Source: Sedimentisphaerales bacterium
Lineage (GTDB): Bacteria > Planctomycetota > Phycisphaerae > Sedimentisphaerales > SM23-30
NCBI GenBank assembly: GCA_963663965.2
Contig: CAXXFK010000031.1
Location: 1-64,000 of the forward strand
DNA: 64,000 nucleotides
Reading direction: 5' to 3'
Shown here: in pieces, positions 10,566-21,000 of the stretch
Layout: each line of letters opens with the position of its first letter
Numbering within the stretch: position 1 is the first letter of the stretch
Position numbers and translations under genes: made by a program
Notes under the pieces: generated by a model
What the model saw: the letters and a program-made list of their open reading frames with translations, nothing else
The model's database searches: none
What the model was told of the DNA's origin: nothing

Positions 10566-13500
10566 TTATGGGGTTAACCAATTGTGTGACAGGTTGGCCA
10601 GGTCGTTGAGGTTTATTAAACCGGCTGAGTCGTTTTCGTCCAGCCAGGAGTTGGTGAGTTCGGTCAGCTTATACAGATAGCGTTCTGAGCGGGTAGCGAA
10701 TACCTGGATTGAACCGCCGGGGTATTCGGCGCGGGTTTCGGGTTCGTAATAGAGGTAGGCCTTGCTGTCGGGGGTGGTGGCGCGGACCGGGAAACGAGCG
10801 ATGACCTGGAAGGAGAAGGTTCTGGTTTCGCCGGCTGAGAGGTTATCGAGATAGACAATGACTTTGCGGCCGGCGACTTCAATCCGGCTGGCGATTTTCT
10901 GTTCGATCAGGCTGTCGAGCGAATCCTGAACGGGGGCAAAGCCGGTGGGGACGCCGATGTCGACGATCATCATGCCGGAGGAGCCTTGCGGGGCCAGGTA
11001 ACGGACGGTGGCGTTGACATTGACGATGTCGTTGATTTCAACCTGACTGGTGTCATAAACCACTTCCAGGCCCATGTTGTTATTGACACATTCATCACTG
11101 AGCCAGACGTGATAGCGATTGACGAACTGGTAGCGGGTTTCGCCGGAACCGGAGGCCTTTAACTGGATTTCGGAGGCATCGAAGGGCAGTTCAACGGTCT
11201 GGAGGACATCGAAATTGGTTTCGTTGACCAGGATTTGTGTTATGGGGGTTGGTAAGCCATCGGGATCGACAGCCAGCACGTCGATTGACAGGTTCATGTT
11301 TCTGGTCTGGGACCGGGCGGCGGTCATCAGGGCCTTCAGGGCCATGACGGTATCCTGGGTACTGCCGAAGCCGCCTTTGCTGTTCTGCTGGAGGGCGAGC
11401 CATTTGATGGCTTCATTGGCCTGGGGGCGCTCGGTTTCGATCAGGGATAATGCGGCATAGGCGGTGGTTTCGATGGGGTGAGGATCCCAATGGATGCCCT
11501 GTTCATCGGAAATGGCCAGGGTTATCAGGCGGTCGATGATGGTATTGGCGAAGGGATGGCCGGTTCGCGTCAGGGCCAGGGCGGCAATGGCCAGTGAGTA
11601 GGGATCGTCGATGACGGTGGTATATTGACTGGTCAGGTATTGGCAAGCGGAGGTGAGGGCGGGGGCAGAAGGATCGTAAGAAGTCAGGGCGATGGCGACA
11701 AAACCAGTGAGGGCGTAATTGCCGCTCATGCCGCCGATCATCTCTTTATGATGGCTGAAGCCGATGGGTTCCCAGGAGCCATCGGCTTTCTGGTGGCTGG
11801 TGATCCAGGCGGCGGCCTGCTGTAAAACAGTGGCATCCATATCCAGAAAATCCCGGGCGCAGCAGAAGGTATCGAGGACAAAGGCGGTCAGCCAGAGGCT
11901 GCCGGAGTCATCCTGATCACCAAAGGCGGAGAAAGAGCCATCCTGGCGGCGGTAGGTGAGTTCGCGCTGGTAGCCGCAGGTGATGAAATGCTCGGCTTTG
12001 GCGCGGATTTCGGGGATTAGTTGGCCGGTGGCGTTCAGATAGCGGAGAATTTCGATATCGGGGGCCATGAAGATCATGTTCTGTTCGCCGCAGCCATAGG
12101 GCATGCCCAGCAGGTCTTCCACGCCGTTGATACTCTGGGCGACCAGGCTGGGGGTGATGGCTAAGAGCAGCTTTTGAGAGTCTGGAACACTGTAGTCGGG
12201 TATGGCCGGGTTGAGAGAAATGGTCTGGCCGGTTTTGATCACACCGTTGCTGACCAGTTCACGGGGTGTGCCTTCGGGTTCGACGATGATTTCACGTTTA
12301 ACGGCATCGGCACGCAGGATCGATTGCAGGGTGACTTGCAGGGACTGGACGCCGACGGTCTGGGGTTCAATGGTGAATGATGCCGAGCCTACGGAGTTGG
12401 CGGGGATTTTGACCCATTGGGCCGGGGTGTCGAGCAGGGTAAACCAGGGGGCTTCGGCTAACTGGACATAAACATCCTGGTCAGAGTCGAGATAGTTGTA
12501 GATCTGGACACGCACGGGGAAGCGTTCGCCACGGGATACGGCGTAAGGAAGGTCCGGTTCGCCGAAAAATTCCTGAAAAACCAGCAGATCGCTATCGGCG
12601 ATGCCCAGGCCGGATGGTGAGGTTGACACGGCGTGGAGTTTCCAGTTGGTTATACTGTCGGGAGCTTCGAGTTCTATCGTAGCCAGGCCGTTTTCACTGG
12701 TGAGGAGATTGGGGATCCAGTACCAGGTTTCGGGGAAAAACTGGCGAATACGCTGGACTTCGGCCAACTGGTCGGTGGATTTCGCGCCGCCGTTAACCCC
12801 ATCGACGGCCACTTCCCAGAAGTCGCCAAAGCGCCACATGCCGGGAACCTGAAGCAGCCACCAGGGGGTTTGGGGGATGGTCAGTTGGTTGCTGGAGACC
12901 ACCTGCAGTCCGGCATCATCGAAAATTTCCCAGGCAGCGTTAAAGAACTGTGGGTGTTCCTCGGCTTGCGGCTGCATGAAGATTTTTTCCAGTTCGTCGA
13001 ACACTTCCTGCATATTCAAACGGCCACGATTGAGGGCGAATACCGATTCATCGACGATGGCCAGTCCGATCATCGATTGCTGGTCGGTCTGTATCGATAC
13101 GGTGACAGGGTCGCCGGGAAGCGCCTGAGTTTTATCGAAGTTGACTTGCAGGTTGTCTAACTGCTTGAAGTTAACCTCGAAAGTCAGGGAATCGGCGGAG
13201 ATTTCATTATTGGGATTGATACAGTATGCCACCACTTTGGATTTGGGGACCATCTGTTCGGTGGCCTGGAAGGTGATGGTGTCGCCGGTGACCGCACCGG
13301 ACCAGACGGTACGACCGTTGGCGTAGACATCGTAGTACAAAGTGCTTTTGCCGGAATAGATGGCATTGATGGTGATGATCTGGCCCACGTCGACGGACTG
13401 TTTGTTGTCGCGGTTGATAGAGAGAAAACTGTCGGTGGAGGACCAGGATTGAAATACCACCAGTTCGGCGGTTGCGGTATCCATTGAATTGGCGGCCTGG

Positions 13501-14749
13501 CTGGTGATTTCGGACCGGGTGGCGCCTTTGGGGGCATGGAGGATGACCGAATGGGCGCCGGTGAAGTGAATCGAGTTACCATTTTCTGTGGCAAAGGGAG
13601 TGCCGGCGCTATCGTAATAAATGGCTTTCAGGTTGGCGGTTACGGTGATCGGGTCCTGTTCCTGGGTTTCGGCTATGAGCATAATTTCATAGGGCTGGCC
13701 GGGACAAATGAGCGCGACAGCGCGATGATCTGGTGATTGATGGTGGATTCCACGATGCGCAGGACGGTGTTGGATTTTTCTTCGTGGCCGGAAGGATCGG
13801 TGACGGTTAATTCCAGTTGAACGGTACCGCTACCGCCGCCACCGGTTGTACCGGGGATATAGTTGACCGGGGGGATTTCGAAGGCGAGGTTGCCGTTTTG
13901 AAGTGTTCCGGTGAAGGTGGCGTATTCATCCCAGTTATCGACATCGCCGAGATAGCGGAGCGCTGAGATATGGGCGGTTCCTTCGACGATTTTCCGAAGA
14001 AGTAGCGGGCACTGACCGTTCCGGTGATGGGTTCATCAACCAGGACAATAATCACGCGGGAGTTCGAGGAAGGCTTCAAAGCGTGGCAGGACATAGGTTT
14101 CGACTTTAAGGTCGAGCATGCCCTGGGCACTGCCGGAATTGGCGGAGATTTTCCAGGTACCCATATTTAATTCGGTGGCCAGGGGGAGTTCAAAGGGGGC
14201 AATGCCATAGTCGTTGGTTTCCAGATCGCGGTGATAAATTTTGATTCCTTTGCCATCGGTAATGGAGAGATCGACCTGATCCTGACGCGGTTTGAGGTTA
14301 CTTGAGAGGGCCAGGATGCGTCCCTGAATGGTCTGGCCGGGTTTGTAGATGGGTTTATCGGTTTCGATCATAATGATGGGGCGGTCTTTGAGTTGCAGGG
14401 AGAAAGTGACGGGTTCTGAGATGGCGTTACTTGCGATCGCTACGCTGTAATTGCCGGGCGGCAGCGCTGTGAGTGTGAAAGCTGCCGTCAGGCGACCGGC
14501 GGAATCGGTCTGGCCGGAAAAGAGCAAGGGACGGTCTTCGGTCTGGAGATAGCCGCTGATATCTGTTTGAACGGGTGATAGATCGATGGTGTTCTGGGCA
14601 ATAACGGTTAGCGATGTCTCTGAATTCAGGTAGGCGACTTTGGGGGCAATGGCTGTTATTTGTGTTTCGTCGGCGGCCAGGATGAAGGATGAACCTGTTA
14701 TAATCAGGATTAATATGATCAATCCATTGGATTTCATTATTGAATGCAT
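10566..14749 (-). CDS. Thioester-containing alpha-2-macroglobulin/CD109-like protein with C-terminal dockerin-like tail; three apparent indels (about 14047, 13990, 13700)
   Basis: Signal peptide, MG2 motif ETDKPIYKPGQ, FFPETW, thioester PYGCGEQNM (12081-12095), DGSFSAFG, WLTAFV, GGFGSTQDT and a receptor-binding-like C-domain. The three frames can be joined. Confidence 0.9.
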
Positions 14750-14976
14750 GATAGACTCCTTTTTGAAATTATCCCCAGGCGTGGATAAAACGATTGATGG
14801 TATGGGAAACGAATTTATTTCAACGATAGATTAAATGGTTGGTGGAAATGGTTTTTCAAGTAAAATCAGGATTGTGAGTGATACAAATTGTTCAAAATAG
14901 GTCAATTTGCTACAAAAATGTAATACATTGCGCATTAACATCTTATAAATAATGGACTTATAATGGTTTTAGCTGT

Positions 14977-15004
14977 TTGCGATCAGATATTGTGATGCTA
15001 TAAT
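14977..15004 (+). promoter_or_regulatory. Putative sigma70 promoter
   Basis: TTGCGA-16bp-TATAAT with an extended -10 TG, upstream of the glutamine amidotransferase. Confidence 0.45.
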
Positions 15005-15066
15005 GAAATAGATGGCATAGTAGACAAAAGCATAGAGTTAAAACTGATATGGAGAATTGAATTAAA

Positions 15067-15762
15067 ATGAGAATGCAGGTTCTGCAACATGTTCCCTTTG
15101 AAGATGCGGCGAATATTGGCGTATGGGCTGAGCAAAACGGGTATGAAATCAGTGTTACCAAGCTGTATGAGACTACTAATTTTCCCGATATCGGTGGGGT
15201 TGACTGGCTGGTGATTATGGGCGGGCCGATGAATATTTATGAGGATGACCAATATCGGTGGTTGATTGCGGAGAAAACCTATATCAAGCAGGCGATCGAG
15301 GCCGGCAAGCGGGTGTTGGGGATTTGCCTGGGGGCACAATTGATCGCGGATGTGCTGGGGGGGAAAGTGACGGCGAACCGGGAAAAAGAGATAGGCTGGT
15401 TTCCCTGTCAGTTAATAGAAACGGGGCGGGAAGATTCACTGTTGAGTCGATTACCTGATGAGTTCATGGCGTTTCACTGGCATGGGGATACCTTTTCGAT
15501 CCCGCCGGGGGCAGTGCATCTGGCCCGGAGCGAGGTTTGTGAGAACCAGGCATTTCAATATGGAGACCGGGTATTGGGATTGCAGTTTCATCTGGACTAT
15601 TCGGTTGAAAGTATCGCGAAAATGATTAATAATTGCCAAGAGGAACTGGTTGGGTCGCCTTATATTCAGAGTGACCAGGCCATTTTACTTGATGACGCTT
15701 ATGTTTCACGTTTATGGACTTTCCTGGATATTGTCTTAGCGGCACTGGCGAGCGTAGAATAG
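15067..15762 (+). CDS. Type 1 glutamine amidotransferase (GMP-synthase-like GATase1)
   Basis: MGGPMN, GICLGAQL (nucleophile Cys), WHGDTF and LQFHLD. Confidence 0.9.
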   Translation: MRMQVLQHVPFEDAANIGVWAEQNGYEISVTKLYETTNFPDIGGVDWLVIMGGPMNIYEDDQYRWLIAEKTYIKQAIEAGKRVLGICLGAQLIADVLGGKVTANREKEIGWFPCQLIETGREDSLLSRLPDEFMAFHWHGDTFSIPPGAVHLARSEVCENQAFQYGDRVLGLQFHLDYSVESIAKMINNCQEELVGSPYIQSDQAILLDDAYVSRLWTFLDIVLAALASVE

Positions 15763-15841
15763 GATCCATCCATGAAATTAAAAAAAGCCGTCCGCTATCC
15801 TGGATAACGAACGGCCTGGCTTGTTATTAGCTGGTATGGAA

Positions 15842-16660
15842 TTAATAGGGGCAGTTGGCCGGGATGTTACCTTTGGGCCAAGCGTATCTAAAATTGGAGG
15901 TTACTTCGCCCCAACCTACATTGACCATCTGGAATGGAATGCTCAACTCAACATGACCATCACCAAAGACCGCATCACCAGAACCATCATCTTTTTTGGT
16001 TAACGGGGTATTGTGATAGGTGGCTATGCAGTCACCCAGAAAACCTGCGGGATCCCTGGGATGGCGGGGACGGAAGCAGGTGTCATTCAGTACGTGGGAA
16101 GCCTTACCGGGAATCGTCCATAGGGTTTCTTCGACAAAGATAACTACTTCGGTAGGATGTTTCACTTCAGCAGACTTTCTAACACCCAGATAGGTCGTGG
16201 CCGTTTTTTTGCCACCTAAATAGTGGTTCTGACTGTAGGAATATTGCGGAACAACGGGAATGGTTGTTACATGGTTAGGATGGGTTTCTCCATAGCGGCG
16301 GGCAAAACCTTCAAAGGTGGGACATTGATGGATTTCCATGGTTTTGAAATACTTAAACAACGGCCCCTGGATGTTAGTATTGCTTTCATATCGATAGGAA
16401 TCATTGTGCCAGTCGCAATAATGCGTGGAATTATCACCACGAGGATTAAACAGCGCATGCCAGGATTCTGGATAATCATCGTTGTTATCTTCGAGGTACA
16501 TGGCCATGCCGAGGTAATACTGTTTCATATTGGTTTTGCAAACGGTAAATTTGGCCTGTTCGCGCGCCTTGCCTAACGCGGGCATGAGGATGGCGACCAG
16601 CAGGGCAATAATGGAAATGACCACCAATAATTCGATGAGGGTAAAGGCTTTTTTCTTCAT
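15842..16660 (-). CDS. Prepilin-type N-terminal cleavage/methylation protein with H-X-DG C-terminal motif (DUF1559-like)
   Basis: [29 protein letters not shown] after a GGAGA RBS; C-terminal YH...VFGDGHVE. Confidence 0.9.
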   Translation of the reverse strand: MKKKAFTLIELLVVISIIALLVAILMPALGKAREQAKFTVCKTNMKQYYLGMAMYLEDNNDDYPESWHALFNPRGDNSTHYCDWHNDSYRYESNTNIQGPLFKYFKTMEIHQCPTFEGFARRYGETHPNHVTTIPVVPQYSYSQNHYLGGKKTATTYLGVRKSAEVKHPTEVVIFVEETLWTIPGKASHVLNDTCFRPRHPRDPAGFLGDCIATYHNTPLTKKDDGSGDAVFGDGHVELSIPFQMVNVGWGEVTSNFRYAWPKGNIPANCPY

Positions 16661-16733
16661 GTGAATCTCCAAATGCATTTGAGTAGTTTAATACCTTATA
16701 TTAATGACAAAAAGCCCGGATTGCAAGAAAATA

Positions 16734-16758
16734 TGCAATTTTTATAAAATAAATTGCA
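16734..16758. promoter_or_regulatory. Palindromic motif upstream of a pilin-like gene (copy 1)
   Basis: TGCAATTT-N9-AAATTGCA; 24/25 identical to 17965-17989. Confidence 0.55.
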
Positions 16759-16835
16759 TAACAATTCAGGGCGCTGGCAATTTAATTCTGTGTTAGTTAT
16801 TTATTGAAAATATTATCTTATTGGTATCGGGTTAT

Positions 16836-16980
16836 GGAGCCATTCAATCGACCGGACCGATGCTGAATCCAGAGCAATGCGGCACTCCGGCCATCGGGGT
16901 TCGGTGGGTCAGGGGGTGCTGTCAACTTAATTGACAGAGCCGATTCGTATCTCACCGGGACTCAGGGGGAGAGCCCTATG
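16836..16980 (+). ncRNA. Candidate structured ncRNA with a 6S-like rod architecture
   Basis: GC-rich island in an AT-rich intergenic region. Nested stems CCGG/CCGG, GATGC/GTATC and GAATC/GATTC enclose an internal bubble and a long terminal stem with G-U pairs on the + strand. Confidence 0.35.
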
Positions 16981-17072
16981 CGGTTTGAAACGTTTTGAAG
17001 TCTATGAGGCTGAATCTTGACTTTGGTTTCTGACTATTGCTTGATCGGTTATTGCAACGATAGCCATTAAAT

Positions 17073-17891
17073 TTATTTCGCTTTGTATCCTCTGGCCAGG
17101 AAATCCACATCCAGATTATTCGTACTGGCAGCCTCGGAAGAGATATCATCAGCCATCCCCACAAACTTACGGGCATATTGTACGGTGCGCGGATCGCGCC
17201 ATTCCACCGTTTCGGCATGACCATCCGCGAAACTGAACGCGTTCTTTTTGGGGTGCCAATAGGCGATCGGATCGTTGAACCGGTGCGCAGCATAACCAAA
17301 TATCCAGGACCCCATGTTCCAGCCGCGATTGTCAAAATCATCCATAAAAACATATTTAACCGCGGGTGAGGTAATCTGATTGGACCGGGTGACATAAATA
17401 TTCATATTACTGGTATCTTCGCCATTCATGGTACCGGAAATACTATACGAACGATAGCACGGTTGCTTAACATTATTCGTCGCATATTTGGATCGATTGT
17501 CCAAGGGGCATTTATAGACCTCGACGGTATTGAGATATTTATAGAGCAAGCCGTGTCGAATGCCGTTTAATTCATCCTCCAAAACAAGCACGGCATTGTC
17601 ACCGGTATAGACACTGCTGCCGAACGTGCCGGTAACGGGCGGTTCTACCCAGGAACGGTTGTCATCTTCCAATGTGCCATAGCGTAACGTGTGACCGTTA
17701 ACCAGCTTGCCATCATTGTCGGTATTATACAACTCCCAGGCATTGAGCAGGCTTTTATGATTCGACAAACAGACAATATTCTTGGCCTGTTCGCGCGCTT
17801 TGCCCAGCGCCGGCATCAGAATCGCGACCAGCAGGGCGATAATGGAAATGACCACCAATAATTCGATGAGGGTAAACGCTTTTTTCTTCAT
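17073..17891 (-). CDS. Prepilin-type N-terminal cleavage/methylation protein with H-X9-DG motif (DUF1559-like)
   Basis: Same N-terminus as the neighbouring paralog; [15 protein letters not shown] near the C-terminus. Confidence 0.9.
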   Translation of the reverse strand: MKKKAFTLIELLVVISIIALLVAILMPALGKAREQAKNIVCLSNHKSLLNAWELYNTDNDGKLVNGHTLRYGTLEDDNRSWVEPPVTGTFGSSVYTGDNAVLVLEDELNGIRHGLLYKYLNTVEVYKCPLDNRSKYATNNVKQPCYRSYSISGTMNGEDTSNMNIYVTRSNQITSPAVKYVFMDDFDNRGWNMGSWIFGYAAHRFNDPIAYWHPKKNAFSFADGHAETVEWRDPRTVQYARKFVGMADDISSEAASTNNLDVDFLARGYKAK

Positions 17892-17964
17892 GGGAAGCTC
17901 CAATCATAAATGAATGTGTTGAGACACTATTTTAAAGTCGAAATGCCGGAATTAAAAGCGAAAA

Positions 17965-17989
17965 TGCAATTTTTATAAAATAAATCGCA
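17965..17989. promoter_or_regulatory. Palindromic motif upstream of a pilin-like gene (copy 2)
   Basis: TGCAATTTTTATAAAATAAATCGCA, at the same 74-bp offset from the start codon as copy 1. Confidence 0.55.
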
Positions 17990-18052
17990 GGCCGATTACA
18001 CTAATTGAGATACAAATTTGTAACAGTAATTTATGGCGATACTATCTTGTCA

Positions 18053-21000
18053 TTATTCCGTTCCAGGACTGGGCTCTGAAGCCAGCCAGTTGGCGGGATC
18101 GTTGCCATACGCCTGGGATTGAATCCGGTGCAGCGAAGCGCCGTTGCCATCGGGATCGGTGGGCCAGGGGTCGCTGTCATCATAGTTGATACGGTCGATG
18201 CGCAGCCAGCCGGCGTCTCCGTCGGGCGAAAATTGCGGTTGATACAGATCCACTTTTTCGCCGCCATTAGAGAGGCTGTTGCTGGTCCAGACGATAACCT
18301 GGATATCGGTGGGAATCGGGCCAAATTCAGCGGTATAGGCGTTGATATCTTTGATGATCAACAGAATTTCGCCGGGAGCCAGAGAGACCGTATCGGGGAA
18401 TTCGAGCATAATGCCATCGCTGTCCTGCAAACGCCAGCCAGTGTTCAGGCCGTTGAGGGCATTGGATTCCCAGAGATTGACGGTGTCATTGCTGATATTC
18501 AGCAGTTCGAGGTATTCGGCATCATTATTGAGTGCCGGGTGGTACATGACTTCGTTAAAAACGATGGGGCCGACCCGGGGCAGGGTGTTGGGCTGGCCGG
18601 GAGTGGGCGAGGACAGGATAACGAAATCGGGATTATCGTTGCTCTTGACATGTCTGCCATAGGACAGGCCGGTGATAGAGGGGCCATAATCTTCGATTGT
18701 CTGGTAGCCGGTCAGCTGACCATTCACTCCAGAGGTCAGATAGAGCGTTTGTCCCATCGCGTCCAGCGAGAAGGCTGATCCAAAATAACTGTTCTGATCG
18801 ATCAGTAAATAATGATGCGCCGGGATCGACAATCCAGGTGGCAATGGGTAGAGCGCCAGGTTATCCGGCGTATTACTGAGGAACCAGCCTTCAATGGAAA
18901 CGGGGATATCGAGGGTATTGTGTAATTCGATCCAGGGTGACAAGCCTGCGGCATTAACCGCCAGGATCTCGTTGAATACGACGGCACCCAGAGGCAGCGC
19001 CTGATCGGCGGCTCCGGGCGAGCCCCCGGTCTGAACACTGGTATGCCAGGCCTCTTTATTATTCCAGGAATCAAGGTCCGGTTCCTGTGGATTGTTAATG
19101 GTCAGAGAGAAACCCTGGCCATCGGTGAGAGGATACCAGCCGTCCTTATATTGAAAATCCAGAATCGTACTGCCGGAGGCATCATCCAGTACGATTGTTT
19201 CGTCGCCATTGTCCAGGAAACCTTCATAGGGACCAAAGATCAGAGTTTCGCCTGGGATGGCATAACGCTCTGAGAATGCCAGCGGATTTTTCACCAGCAG
19301 CGCGAATTGGCCAGGATTTAAACTGGCATTTGAGTCGAACGTATATTGAATTCCATCCGTAAAACTAATATTTGCCAGAGACACTGCCATATCTCCGATA
19401 TTGATCAATTCAATAAATTCATAATCTTCATCGACATAAGCAGGATTGGCCGAATCGGCAGGGTGATACATGATTTCACTGATCCGCACATAACGCTGCG
19501 CGTCCGAAGGCTCGCCGGCATAGCTGGTTTCGACAACCAGATTGCCCTGGGGATCCAGCAACTGGATAGACTCGCCCCAATTGGACAGATGCCCTTTATA
19601 GTTACCCAGTACCAGATGGCATTCGCCGCCGGTCGGGGACTGGGAACGGCTGCGGAATGCAACAACATCTGGTGATAAAAACAGACGGTTTTCTGATGGA
19701 ATGACGGCACCCGCAGGGAACCGATATTCCACTCCCCCGGCTATCTGATAATTGGACAGGTCCAAGGCAACCGCATTGGGATTAATCAATTCGATATATT
19801 CATCATCCTGATTGCCGGTCGATGGATTAAATTCGATGGTTCCGAATTGAAGGGCAAACTGCGCGGGCTGGGCATCGGGAATGTTGGCGCAACCGGGCCA
19901 GTCGGAGCCCATGGCATGATGCTGATAAAGATGGACACGACGAGGCGCCAGATAATCGGTCTTGATGGCTTCGAGATTAGCGAGGAAATTATCTGAACCC
20001 AGTTGGGGCCATAACAGGTCACTTAAAGCGTCAATTTGCTGCTCGAAATGCAATTGATCGGCCGGGGTATCCACCGGCTGAAGCCATTCGTCCATCAAGG
20101 TTCGCAACCGCCTGAGATACATTTCGCGGCTGACGGGATTGGTCGTAACGGCATCGATCAGGCGATTCCATTTATAGTCGATTTTCTCATGAAGATAATC
20201 GCCAAAGAAAGGATGGCTGGGACCGCGAATATCGCCAATCTCTTCGATCCAGTCCCTATCGGCGGTCAAATTGGGGATGCCACTGTTGACGCCAAAAGTG
20301 AGATCCTTGTCCCAGGGCATGAACATCCATTCACCGGAACCATTGGTATCGCGGTAAATGAAGTAATTTTTATGAGTCAGATCATTGTCGTGGATAATGA
20401 CCGAGGCGGCCATGTAGTTGATCACGGCCGGGATATTGATGTTATCAAAAAGGTACTGGGCGCGTTGCGGATTGCCAGGATCGATACCGGCGGCCAGCGC
20501 CTGGGCGTCGCTGAGATCTTCGTAACGGCGGGTTACCTTTCGGAGGGAGGGAGTTTGTTCGCCCGTTAAATTGATATTGAGATCGGTATAGGCTTTATAA
20601 AGCGCTCCGTCGTCATCGAGGCCGACCCGGCGGAGGAGGTGGCGGTCCGGCTGCTCGACAAAGAGCCGGAATTCGCCGGCATTATTATTGGTAATTAATA
20701 ACAGGGGATAGCACAGGCTGGCAGGCAGTCCGGCACGGGCATAAGTATCCCAGGAGATGATCTGGCGAATATAAGCCGGGTCGGAGCCGGCCGTATTCAG
20801 GTTAATTTCATCAACCCGTTCGTAATCCGGATCGAATTCGAACAGATAGCCATCGTTGAATTTTATTTTGTTGCCAAACGTGGAAAAACCGCCACGGTGA
20901 CGAATGAAGATATTGTCATAAAACTGGTCGCGATAAAACACCGAACCGCGCGTGCCCGTATCGGTATTAGCGGCGTAGGAGTTTTGGACAAACAGTTGCA

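Noticed and set aside
1657..14050. Programmed ribosomal frameshifting or stop-codon recoding
   Set aside because: The shifts go in both directions, lack consistent slippery heptamers and fall in unrelated genes, which indel errors explain better.
16968..16995. Group II intron domain V-like GAGAGCCCTATGCGG
   Set aside because: The complementary 3' arm and domain VI are missing, and there is no reverse transcriptase ORF.
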